Shown: positions 54,601-63,574 of the stretch, piece by piece
Layout of the letters: every line of letters begins with the position of its first letter
Position numbering within the stretch: the first letter of the stretch is position 1
Translations under genes and position numbers: made by a program
NCBI GenBank assembly: GCA_951406725.2
Contig: OX597836.1
Location: forward strand, 28,954,001-29,018,000
Length of the DNA stretch: 64,000 bases
Direction: 5' to 3'
Source of the DNA: Octopus vulgaris
Taxonomy: Eukaryota
Notes under the pieces: generated by a model
What the model was told of the DNA's origin: nothing
Seen by the model: only the letters and a program-made list of their open reading frames with translations
Database searches by the model: none

Positions 54601-57600
54601 ATATATTATATATTTATATATATTGAACCCTTTTGATACCAACCTGCCTGAAACTACCCCAAGTTCTATGATATAAAGTTACTGTTTTAGCCCTTAAGCA
54701 TTCAAACTAGCCATGTCCATCCCAAATATTCTACTTCTTTTAGGTTCAAATTGGCCATGTCTAGCCTCTCATACCTACCCTCCAATGTCATTCTGAAAGT
54801 ATACAATCACATCATTGAATTTTCTTAACAATGAGATAATTCACAATTAATTCAAATCAATGTGAATAAATAAGCATTACATTTGACAGTGAAGGCGCAT
54901 GGCTCAGTGGTTAGGGTGTCGAGCTTATGATCGTGAGGTGGTGAGATCGAATCCCGGACCGGGCTGCGTGTTGTGCTCTTGAGCAAGACACTTTATTTCA
55001 CATTGCTCCAGTTCACTCAGCTGTAGAAATGAGTTGCGACGTCACTGGTGCCAAGCTGTATCAGCCTTTGCCTTTCCCTTGGATAACACTGGTGGCGTGG
55101 AGAGGGGAGGCTGGTCTTCCATAAACAACCTTGCCCGGACTTGTGCCTGAGAGGGTAACTTTCTTGGTGCAATCCCATGGTCAGCGTTGTGACTGAAAGG
55201 GGGTCTCAGACATTTGACAAAATGATCTGAATGCTAAAGGATTAAAGTAGCTTAAATTATAATATTCCATCAAAATTTTATGCTAAATTATTCTCAGATC
55301 CCAGCTTAATAATTAGAAAGTTATTTTATTAAATTCATAACTATTTTTAAAAGTTAATTGAAACCAAGGCAGAATATGTTAAAAGAAACATGGTAACAAA
55401 AGGATTAATACTTTTATAATAACCTTGTTGGGTGGGTAGAATACCCAGGGGTGCTTGCTGTCCCAGAATCAAATAGTTAAGTGCTTGCAAATATATTTAG
55501 CCCTTTTGATATCAGCCTGCTTGAAACTAGCCCCTATATGTATAATACAAATTTCCTGTTTTACAGAGATCTATATTAAAACCGTTTCCATTAAAAGTCT
55601 TGATTATTTTCAACATTAACTGAAACAAAGGCCATGTAGAAATATGGTAACAAGAGGGAGGGTTAATGAGATGAGTAAATTATACACATGTTGAGGTGGG
55701 GGGAGGAGCTTATTTATGCTCAGAATTAATTCTGGTTATGAAAGGCAGGGGAGATAACTCTTGAATTAAAATTAATCAAGAACAATCGAATTTAATGGGG
55801 AGTTTGATTTTTTAGAACAGTGTCTGTGTGAGAAAAAGAGAGAAAATTTGTTAGAGTGATTAAGATGTTTGCTTTGCAATTATGAGGTCCTGAGTATGAT
55901 CCACTTTGTGGTATGATGGGCAAATGTTTTTAACTTACCCCCAAGTCAACCCTCGTTTCTGTGTGTCTATTTAATATATATATATATATATATAATAAGC
56001 AAATGATATATAATCTCCCTATCCATTTAGTGACTTGGTCTGCAACTCCTTGCCTAAATCATTCCCACATGGAAAGTGAAGATAAAATGGTGATTTGTCT
56101 GTTTGTGTGTGTGCATGTTGCATTTTAATAGCGATACAGTGTGAGGTTGAGGGAAGTTTAACTGCTATTTTTAGCATCATTGGCTCAAGATAACAATGAT
56201 CACTTTTCATGTTGAAGATTATGATCGATTTCATTTTCTGTCTCTCCCTTTAGACAAAAAACCCGGTTTAGCTGATGACCTTGATGACATCTTTGCCTCC
56301 AGCTCCCTGAAAACTAAGGTTGGTTGGTTTAATTTACTTTGAATTCTCTTTAGAAATAACTGGTGTGTCCAATGGCATCTTGCATCTTTTTATCCCCAAA
56401 TGGTATTACCAGACCTACTAGATTCAATACTTTATCCTAACAATTCACTTATAAAGAAACAACTTTATACAGAAAACTTACATGAGCTAAAAGCACCAAA
56501 GCTGACTGACACCCTGCTAGCTTATGGAAGCTTACAGTATTTTCCAACATACAAGTTGGATTTTTCAGACCAAAATTTACAGCCAACAAAGACAGGTTGA
56601 CTTATACAGCAAGACAACTTTGGAACAAAATTTCCATGTGAAATGCAGCAGGATTTGGAAAGACAGTGATGATGTTTGAATGTTTATGCTACATGTTTGC
56701 GCCATATGCTGCATCAACTTGCATGTTGGAAAATATAGTATAAACTGTTAATTGTGAGAAATATTGCCTTACTTGTAAACAGGTAAAGGTTGGTGACAGG
56801 AGGGGCATCCAGCTGTAGAAAAACTGCCTTAACATCTTCCTCTCAACTCATGCAAGCATAGAATGATGAACATTAAATAATGATGACAACAATATAGATG
56901 TATGTATGTATATATATATATATATATATAAAACTTTCCTCTTTTCTTTCTGCTCCTTGCCAGTCGAACATCAAAAAGGAGGTCAGTAGCAAAATAAAGA
57001 AGAACGTCACAGAGGAGGCTAATATATTTGAAGACGACACGGACATCTTTTCCGATATCCCTGCAGCAAAACCCAAGGAGAAGAAAACAACTGTGATGAA
57101 AACCAAGCCATTATTTAAAGAAGACATTGGTACGTATAGTTTTGTTGTTGTTTAGTCTCAGCTTAGTCTTGTTCCAACAGACATCTAGAATGTGGGTAAT
57201 TGACTCGATATAATTCATAGATCCCTAACTCCAAATGTAGACCAAACCATTGCTCAGCGCCTGACTATTTACGCACAAACTGTTGGTTCTGGGTTTTCTT
57301 CCCTAAATATTTCAGACTCTGTGACTCACTAAATTTCTCACTGAACTCATTGCCAACCCTTACTTCACTGACTGAATTCCTGTACAGGGCTTGTACCACT
57401 CTCACAAACCATTCCTTTACTTAAGTTTTTTCTACAAGACAACCAGACTTCAGATCATGGTTCCCTGTCAAAGGTCTTCTTCAGATCAACAAATGCTGGG
57501 TAGGGAGGTTTTTTTTTTTTATTTTAGCTTAAAATTTCTCTAACACCTGTCTCACTATGGAAAAAGCATCAGTTGTATTATGACGTGGTATAAATCTGAA

Positions 57601-57880
57601 CTGCACCTCATCCTAATTAATATACAGACCTGGGAACACAAGATCACAAAAAGAATGACTCAGGTTCAAATCCCACTGGAAACAGAATTTTGGAAAGCAG
57701 TAAGAGAACACCTAGGAATCATGACCTGGGTGGGCCCAGCTCCTGTACAGTGTCAGGAATAAGAGCCAAAACACTTCAGATGGGAGTTCTTCCTCTGAAG
57801 ATCTCTCCTGTTGTGCGCTGGTCTTGCGGCGAGTTTCTGATATTTATTTACATAGATAAATAGGTTGGCAGAGATATTTT

Positions 57881-57913
<33 letters not shown>

Positions 57914-58503
57914 TGTGGAGGTGCAATGACCCAGTGGTTAGGGCAGCGGACTCGCAGTCGTAGGATCGCGGTTTCGATTCCCAGACCGGGTGTTGTGTGT
58001 GTTTATTGTGCGAAAACACTTAAAAGCTCCACAAGGCTCCGGCAGGGGGTGGTGATCCCTGTTGTACTCTTTCACCACTCTTTCTTCTGTTGATCTGCTC
58101 GCTTAGCCAGCGGAGTGGCGTCGTTCAAAGGCTAAAACAATGCGAACACATTGTGACCAGCGATGTGTAGCAACATCTGATGGTCTGGTCAGTCACGTGA
58201 TATATATTAATACATGCTCTTGAAATTGGCACACAGAGAGGATCTCTAAAAGCTGTAATTATTAACCATCTTTCTTTTTTAATAACAGATGATATTTTTG
58301 GCGGCGACAGCTTGCTGCAAGGCACCAAGAAAGTGGACAAAACTGTTACTGTGAAGAAGGTTGAAGAGAAGACGAAAGTTGAGAAAGTTAGCTCCCCTCT
58401 ATCGTCATCGCTGCTGTCATCTCAGAAGCCTACATCCATATTTGATGAGGACAACGATGACGACGACTTGTTTGATGATCCGCTCAACATAAAGAAACAG
58501 TGA
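26861..58503 (+). CDS. WASHC2: WASH complex subunit 2 (FAM21), 3' part; join(26861..26987,34653..34729,36842..36926,38131..38349,39478..39591,40891..40983,43425..43551,44461..44543,51936..52043,53536..54175,56254..56318,56964..57129,58289..58503), 5'-partial
   Basis: All 13 exons have a polypyrimidine-AG acceptor; the first 12 end at a GT donor and the last at TGA 58501-58503. Phases join into one open frame (2119 nt). The protein is low-complexity S/T/K/D-rich with repeated [LI]F-acidic motifs, two KP[VI]GGVSIFGG motifs, LESATKKRARIQLKRRPPTR (FAM21 CPI-like) and C-terminal LFDDPLN, all hallmarks of the FAM21 tail. Confidence 0.92.
27610..27940 (-). mobile_element. tRNA-derived SINE family 4
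   Basis: Reverse complement of 54889-55209; partial copies at 17240-17430 and 21978-22100. Confidence 0.8.
28186..28645 (+). mobile_element. Head-to-tail dimer of SINE family 2
   Basis: Two ~220-bp copies, each ending gcctagagtagaaaag. Confidence 0.85.
28914..29357 (+). mobile_element. SINE family 1, full length
   Basis: Matches 23240-23672. Confidence 0.85.
32373..33278 (-). mobile_element. Internally deleted Tc1/mariner-superfamily DNA transposon with TIRs and TA TSD
   Basis: Left end ta|cagggtgttcaggctaaatttgac versus right end (reverse complement) ta|caggagagttcagactaaatttggc; minus-strand FWPPNSLDCNLLDY motif. Confidence 0.82.
33930..34500 (+). mobile_element. RTE LINE RT remnant
   Basis: GSIKLMGEVTKIMERVF...LDEMQFRIMPDHSTTDAFFIVKQLLEKF, then FVDLENIFDRVP and a later LYVDD (degenerate YADD). 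Confidence 0.85.
34653..34729 (+). CDS. WASHC2: WASHC2 exon: TTDKPEKSDLFDSSEDDFVSSKPKD
   Basis: ttcttttcag acceptor, AA|GTAAGT donor; phase 0 start and phase 2 end match the neighbours; not in the ORF track. Confidence 0.88.
36842..36926 (+). CDS. WASHC2: WASHC2 exon: (N)VKKKPVGGVSIFGGADLFSSKLLAKDKK
   Basis: ctcttgcag acceptor, AAG|GTCAGT donor, phase-compatible. Confidence 0.9.
37700..37912 (-). mobile_element. Short element next to a (TA)n tract carrying a minimal hammerhead-ribozyme-like motif
   Basis: Minus strand 37835-37800: cttt-CTGTTGA-a-gagc-gtag-gctc-GAAA-cgt-t-aaag. Confidence 0.6.
38131..38349 (+). CDS. WASHC2: WASHC2 exon: KEEKPDEPAPAPARKSTTLSLFDNDEEEDDDFF...TTVVST
   Basis: ttgttcccag acceptor, ACA|GTAAGT donor, 73 codons. 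Confidence 0.9.
39478..39591 (+). CDS. WASHC2: WASHC2 exon: TKVRTKSLFEDEDILFRSSEENPTVDLFSSQGPLASKK
   Basis: Long pyrimidine tract + CAG, AAG|GTAAAC donor, 38 codons. Confidence 0.9.
40110..40340 (-). mobile_element. Young SINE family-2 copy with 17-bp TSD
   Basis: tgtttgcaataaatatt at 40093-40109 and 40341-40357; CpGs retained. Confidence 0.92.
40891..40983 (+). CDS. WASHC2: WASHC2 exon: NEQQTSERKESSSDLFADDGSTSVEKSSIKI
   Basis: ctatttcag acceptor, ATA|GTAAGA donor, 31 codons, DLFADD motif. Confidence 0.82.
41884..42785 (+). mobile_element. 5'-truncated RTE LINE: ORF C-terminus, long 3' UTR with ~62-bp tandem repeats, (GAT)n tail
   Basis: RRLCWYGHVTRM...GRGRPRKTWDEVVKHDL...DRDLWK (RTE C-terminal signature) to stop 42189; tandem units at 42357-42625; this is the same tail seen as many dispersed fragments in the window. 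Confidence 0.92.
43425..43551 (+). CDS. WASHC2: WASHC2 exon: TETIQQTSVRKPIGGVSIFGGIDFSEIKKKKKSDGEEVFTEN
   Basis: ttttattttag acceptor, A|GTGAGT donor (an alternative same-phase donor lies after 43527). Confidence 0.87.
44461..44543 (+). CDS. WASHC2: WASHC2 exon: (T)VSVNVEEKSTAKAPAPPVKPKKILKIQ
   Basis: Strong T-tract + CAG, CAG|GTTAGT donor, phase 1 start and phase 0 end. Confidence 0.87.
44803..45396. mobile_element. Old hAT-type MITE containing an RTE 3' tail (45060-45275)
   Basis: Ends cagtggttttcgac and gttgagaaccactg resemble hAT CAGTGGTTCTCAAC TIRs; no TSD recognisable. Confidence 0.55.
46905..47439 (-). mobile_element. Deleted mariner element with ~41-bp TIRs in a (TA)n tract
   Basis: cgaggttgaggaaaaagtttgtgtgccatgttaaaataatg versus cattattttaacatggcacgtgaactttttcctcaacctca; minus-strand FQQDNANLH and EVLPHLAYSPDVAPFDY (mariner HPPYSPDLAPxD motif). 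Confidence 0.92.
47880..48195 (+). mobile_element. RTE LINE 3' tail
   Basis: Matches 42310-42785 and ends gatgatgat. Confidence 0.85.
48660..49265. mobile_element. Cluster of SINE family-2 copies including a tail-to-tail inverted pair
   Basis: Plus copy 48660-48870, minus copies 48910-49110 and 49130-49265. Confidence 0.8.
50150..50502 (+). mobile_element. CR1/L2-like LINE 3' end
   Basis: FFTFRITETWNKL resembles the CR1-type FFxxRxxxxWNxLP C-terminal motif; (TAT)n tail. Confidence 0.6.
51936..52043 (+). CDS. WASHC2: WASHC2 exon: IPPLVPPTSFGNEEPQSSSVSFDEPASAQPLESATK
   Basis: tttttttccag acceptor, AAG|GTAAAT donor, 36 codons; carries the first half of the CPI-like motif. Confidence 0.9.
52490..52871. 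repeat. Tandem repeat, 3 x 127 bp
   Basis: caaaattgacctt... begins at 52491, 52618 and 52745; units nearly identical. Confidence 0.95.
53536..54175 (+). CDS. WASHC2: WASHC2 large exon: KRARIQLKRRPPTRKSRP...IFDDDDSDIFADSDLLLNKKK
   Basis: Overlaps ORF 53605..54201; TAG acceptor after a pyrimidine tract, G|GTAAAT donor. Confidence 0.93.
54628..55404 (+). mobile_element. Triple nest: piggyBac-type MITE B containing MITE A (54691-55241) containing SINE family 4 (54889-55209)
   Basis: SINE has a 10-bp TSD acatttgaca (54879-54888, 55210-55219); MITE A matches 62889-63107; MITE B matches 55501-55662; both MITEs end next to TTAA on the right. Confidence 0.8.
56254..56318 (+). CDS. WASHC2: WASHC2 exon: (D)KKPGLADDLDDIFASSSLKTK
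   Basis: ctccctttag acceptor, AAG|GTTGGT donor, phase-compatible. Confidence 0.87.
56964..57129 (+). CDS. WASHC2: WASHC2 exon: SNIKKEVSSK...IFEDDTDIFSDIP...KPLFKEDI
   Basis: ccttgccag acceptor, G|GTACGT donor; lies within ORF 56898..57155. Confidence 0.9.
57329..57618 (-). mobile_element. RTE LINE RT remnant, inverted homolog of 34045-34325
   Basis: Shares ccatgatctgaagtctggttgtcttg and gttggcaatgagttcagtgagaaatttag with the 34 kb copy. Confidence 0.88.
57917..58200 (+). mobile_element. SINE family 3
   Basis: Reverse complement of 25981-26262; follows a (TA)n tract. Confidence 0.85.
58289..58503 (+). CDS. WASHC2: WASHC2 last coding exon: (D)DIFGGDSLLQ...IFDEDNDDDDLFDDPLNIKKQ*
   Basis: CAG acceptor, TGA stop; the FDDPL terminus matches the FAM21 retromer (VPS35)-binding C-terminal repeat. 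Confidence 0.93.
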
Positions 58504-60210
58504 CCATTTGTTGTTGATGATGATAATTATGAGTGATCGGTTGATTTATTGATGATCCTGTCAACAGAACTTTTAATATTGACCGTAGGTCAAGCGCTGG
58601 AAGAGGCAGGACATGTTTTTAATTGTTTAAGTTATGAATCATGCAAATATATATAATATATTTTAAACAAAAAGATATGGCATTATTATTTTTGCGTGTG
58701 CATTTTTTTTCCCAAGCCTTGCCTGTTTGAGAACCCATTCTCTAATTTCAGTTGGTTGGTTGTAACCATGCAGGTGAGGGTCTGCCATCAACATCCTCAC
58801 ATTCCTTGTTTTGGTTCTGTTCAAGTAGTTTGTGTTTAATTAATTATTATTCCTAAGGCGAAATTGCTAGCATGTTGGATGGAATGCTTTAGCAGCATTT
58901 CTTTTGAAATTTTGATTGAAGTTTTTAATTTATATCGTTTTAAAACATGGTGTTAGTATCACAGAACCTGGGGCTGCCCTTAGATTAGTATAAAAAAAAA
59001 AAAAAAGGCATTTTTGTGTGTTTTTTCTAAGCCTTGCCTTTTTGAGAACCCATTTTCTAGTTTCAGATTGGAGCCTGGTGTGACCTATTGACTTAGTCCT
59101 CAGTCGAACCCATGCCAGCATGGAAAACGGACGTTAAACGACAATAAAAATAGAAATCCTGTCTTGTCCAGGGAGGAATACATGTCATAGAAACCATCCC
59201 TATGCTCCTTAGGGAGTATGTAGACTAACCTTTTACATTAATGGCACAGTCCACTTAGTTATAAAGTCAAAGCTGCAGAGCAGGATGTCAATGTTGTTGT
59301 GTTGAGTTCTCCCAGTGTATGTGGTGTTCAAAAACAGTTTGTCTCACCACCCACTGATGGATAACCCTAAGCAAAAGAAGTAACTTACCTGATCATTTTT
59401 TAGATAAGTCACCAAGAAGAATCAAAGAACTACACAAAAAAATTTTTGGATCATTCAATACACACACGTGTGAGTATATATGTGTGTGTGTGTATATATA
59501 TAGTAGAATCCATAGAAAATGGTGGCACTCTGTAAGTGAAAATTGTTTTAAAGATTTTTTTTTCTTTTATAATGTTAGTCTGCTGGTGGAAGAATTTTCT
59601 AACATTTCGATAAGGTCCTTTATCAGTGAGCAAAATTCATTGTTTTCACTTATGTAAATGAATACACTACCATAGGCAGACACAAAGCTTTTCTCTAACT
59701 CATACATACACACACACACACACAGTATATATGTGTATTTAAGCATTACATTTGACAGAGTAATCTAAACACTTAAGAGTTAATCAAAAATAAAATAATG
59801 AAATTTCTATTCTGAAATTTCCTTACCACCTAAGAAATAATAATATTTCTGCTAATACATTTGAGTAGCATGTCAAGACTTATTACAAAACCACAAAATC
59901 TTGTTTGTGAGCTGAAACACAGGCATTAGATATTGTAGACCAAAGACAGTAAAAAAATTTATATATATAACAGAAACCCAAAGGATGGTGTTTAATGGAT
60001 TACTTTAGTGAGAGAATGAGAAAGAAAAAAAGTACAAAAAGAAATGAAGTCCCATTTACAGTGAAGCTGTTGTATAGTGGCAGGGGGGTTACATGTAATG
60101 CAGTTTAAAACAACAAGATGCGGACATTTAGAAATAAATTCATCACACTACAGTGGCAGATTTGACTGGCACCAGTTTGGGGGAGAAAGAACCGGACAAG
60201 GACCACATTA

Positions 60211-60400
60211 TTAGCAGCAGTCATCATGAGGATCTCTATCCTTTGGTTCAGGGGCCAATTTGATCATATCATCAATTCGAAGGATTGTAATAGCAGCCTC
60301 TGTGGCAAATTTTAATGACTTGATCTTGGAGAGAGTTGGTTCCAAGACACCAGCCTTTTTGTTGTCACGTACCGTTCCTTCATACAAATCTAAACCAATC
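60211..60400 (-). CDS. TCP1: TCP1 last coding exon: (L)IGLDLYEGTVRDNKKAGVLEPTLSKIKSLKFATEAAITILRIDDMIKLAPEPKDRDPHDDCC*
   Basis: ttgcag acceptor, KSLKFATEAAITILRIDD motif, TAA TAA stop; not in the ORF track. Confidence 0.96.
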
Positions 60401-61039
60401 CTGCAATTGAAAAAAAAAATAATTATTCATTTTATTGAATTAAAACAAAAAAAGCAAATTTGAATATAAAGGGACATAACTACCACAAAGCATTTTGTCT
60501 GTTGCTCCACTAATCCTCTCAAGCGCCCTAGGGCCAGAAACCTACAGACAAAGGTTAGCCAATCAAATCAGTTCCAGAACTTGACTAATTTTATTAACCA
60601 CAGAAAGATACAAGGCATCTCTTCAGATGCTCTAACGATTCTGCCAATTAACTGCCCTTTCTATCATAATTCTTTCTACTAAAGGCACAAGGCCTGAAGT
60701 TTTGCAGGAGGAGGTTAGTCGATGTAACCAACGCCAGTACTTGACTGGTACTGATTTCATTGACTCCAAATGGATAAAAGGCAAAGTAAACCTCAATGGA
60801 ATTTGAACTCAGAAATTAAAAACAGGCAAGGCTGGCATAACTGTTCATGAAAGAGAAAATACAGTTGGAAGAATGTAAATATGTAAAACAAAAGCAAAGG
60901 TCCAAAATAAGACAAGAACAATATCTGACCAATCCAAATGAAAATCCATTTTTAAATTTTGCATTAAATTTGTTCCCTTCCCGAAAGTTAAGATTTTTCA
61001 AATGCTATGGTTATAAATTTATAGAAGTTAAAGCAGTTA

Positions 61040-61990
61040 CCAGACAATATCTGTCTTGGTGCATGGGCTAAGTTTCTGCCCAAGCACGAAGAATTTTGAC
61101 ATAATAAACCAATTCAAGGGCTATTTAAGTTTGTTCACTGTAACAAGCTTCAGGAATTTTTTTTTTTTTTTTAAATGAGGGGGATAAGAAGTCAGAAGAT
61201 ACCAACATCTTTACATTCACTTTTCCACACTCACATGGGTCAAATAGAAATGTTTGTCAAAAATGATGAGTAAATCTGGCATAATTGGATATTAAAAATC
61301 CAAATTGCTACTCAGCTGAATGTAGGCAAGACATTCACAGGTGCTCCAAAAATTTTTCAAGTCTTGTCAGACAGGTATCAGGGAAAGCCTTAACGCAAGT
61401 AGAAAAAGGACCTGGGATAACCTCACAAATACCCAATGTTATGCACTTCATCTAACTAACAGTGATTCTATTGAAATTAAAATGGCAGATAAGAGGGGAG
61501 GGTGCTATAATAATTATGGGCAAAGATGAATACATTTCACTTTATGAAGAATCTTTAAGTGACAAAACTTCATATGAAGAATTACCTTTGAATTCAAACC
61601 CCAACTACAGCAAAGAACTTGAAATAATTTTGGAAATGGAAGAAAATGATTTTTATAAAATGACATTGAATCTAAAATATTGCATTCAGAACACAGGGCC
61701 TTCTAAAAATACACAAAAATCTCATCCATTGAGTCTAATTTGCAGCAGATTTGAGCATTATGCAGCCAAAATTTAAGAATTTTTGCTACTTCCTGTAGCA
61801 AAAACACTGAGCTCATTATTTGGGATACTTTTGATTTTGTTTCCAAAATTAACAATTCTTCTAAGCACCAAGATAGTTTCAAAAGTTGTTTTTTTTTTTT
61901 TGGTAACCCTGGGTGTTCCTCCACTTTATCCCAACATTGACCATGGTGCTAACCCTAACTATTCCATTCAACTAAAGGAAACCCTAAAAA
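61040..61990 (+). mobile_element. Decayed Penelope-like element reverse transcriptase in the last TCP1 intron
   Basis: SIEIKMADKRG / AIIIMGKDEYISLYEESLSDKTSYEEL (cf. PLE IKxADKGGAIVIMDxxDY...LxDxxxY) and LVTLGVPPLYPNIDH (cf. LVTLDVxSLYTNIxH, RT motif A), with frameshifts. Confidence 0.75.
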
Positions 61991-62062
61991 ATAACAAAAG
62001 GACTGTGCCCTCCCCTTCAGACATGTGTCAGCCTTCATTGACAAGTTAAATGTAATACTTAC

Positions 62063-62226
62063 AATTTAAGGTCTCCGTGTCCTTCAATGGTCTGTGCCAT
62101 GTTGTGATAGGCACGCAGTTTAGCAACCAACTCGGTAGAGTCCTGTGCAGCATTCACAGCCAATTGTTTGGGGATGACAAGCAGGGAATGTGCAAATTCT
62201 GCCATAGCTAACTGTTCACGAGAACC
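62063..62226 (-). CDS. TCP1: TCP1 penultimate exon: GSREQLAMAEFAHSLLVIPKQLAVNAAQDSTELVAKLRAYHNMAQTIEGHGDLK
   Basis: CCT-alpha signature GSREQLA...LVAKLRA; ttcag acceptor, GTAAGT donor, phase 2 end. Confidence 0.97.
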
Positions 62227-62494
62227 CTGAATGAAAAAGAAATACAACTATAATATAAGGATCAACATGAGAAATTGATTTTACTAATCTTAAATATTCC
62301 CCAATTAACCTCAATTCGATCAACACTTTTGATGCCACCCATCTGAACCAGACTTTAGTTTTCCGACAAAATTTTCCGTTTTAACCATCAAAATTTACAT
62401 CAACATGTAATGGGTTTTCCATGCTGGCATAGGTTGGGCAGTTTGATAGGAATTGGCAAGTCTAAGACTGCACCTAACTCTGCATGGTTTCTAA

Positions 62495-62851
62495 TCTCTA
62501 CATATATAAACAGCAAAATGTCTGTGTGCATGTCCTTTATACAAATCCAGTTTTTCAGTTAGAGGGCTCGCACTTTCTATGGTCATTCAAAGCCATCCAA
62601 GGGTAGTTGTGCACATCTTTACATTTCCCGTCACCCCGTAAAGCCATTAAAAATCAATAGAAGTGACTTTTTTGTGAATTTTCTATCCAAAATCCAATCA
62701 ATATGCCCGAAACTTGATACGCCAATTGAATGCCAACTAGCTGTATGTGATTGGTCGGAGATTTGGACAGTACTCGCGTGTGTGCGCACGCACACAGCTG
62801 TATATGCATGCACTAGCACTATGACCCGGCAACGCTGGGTCATAGTGCTAG
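62495..62851 (+). mobile_element. Non-autonomous Helitron
   Basis: A|TC 5' end (tctctacatatataaa), 3' GC-rich hairpin gacccggc-aac-gctgggtc, CTAG|T end, no TSD. Confidence 0.8.
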
Positions 62852-62888
62852 TTCACCATAAAAAATTTATGTACCAAGTGCTTATTAA

Positions 62889-63107
62889 CCCTTTAGTATT
62901 TAAACCAGCCATATCCGGCCAAAATAGTTAATCTGTTTTATGTTCAAACTGACCAGATCCAGGCCCTCACACCTACCCTAAAATGTTATTCTACATTAAG
63001 TAATTACACCATCAAGATCTTGAAGATATGAGATAATGCATGATTAATTCAAATCAATGGGAATCAATAAGCATTATGTTTGATTGAATAATCTGAACAC
63101 TAAAGGG
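62889..63107. mobile_element. piggyBac-type MITE (family A), intact
   Basis: TTAA|ccctttagt ... actaaaggg|TTAA. Confidence 0.88.
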
Positions 63108-63574
63108 TTAATAAGGACTACATTATTCAAGTAACTCCTTCCAATTTTTAAAAATTATTCTCAAAATTAAATACTTCAAGAAATACTTTTCTTTTGATTA
63201 TGCACCATATCAATTATAACCAAGATATAGGCTTCTGGAGGCATTGAAATATATATAAATAGGAAACAGGCTGGCCTTAGGAGGGGCATCCAACCATAAA
63301 AACCTTGCCAAAACAAACACTGGAGCTTTATGTAGCCCTTGGCCCCATCAGTCCATGTCAAAACGTCCAACCCATGCTGCTGGCATGAAATGTGGACATT
63401 ATGTAATGATGGCTTCCTAAATGGTTTGTGATGCTTACAATCACGACTTACACTCCAGCTTTATCTACATGTACAGTAGACACAATGCAATAAAAAAAAT
63501 TATATAACTAAAAAGAATATCCAAATACTTCAAAAATGAAAATCAAAAACAAAAAAAAGAACCTTTTGACTCAC

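Noticed and set aside
54889-54965. tRNA-like sequences (also 57917, 23240, 54305-54378)
   Set aside because: A/B-box-like heads continue into dispersed repeat bodies and lack a clean cloverleaf; they are SINE heads, not tRNA genes.
60260-60463. Plus-strand 67-aa ORF
   Set aside because: Antisense shadow of the TCP1 last exon.
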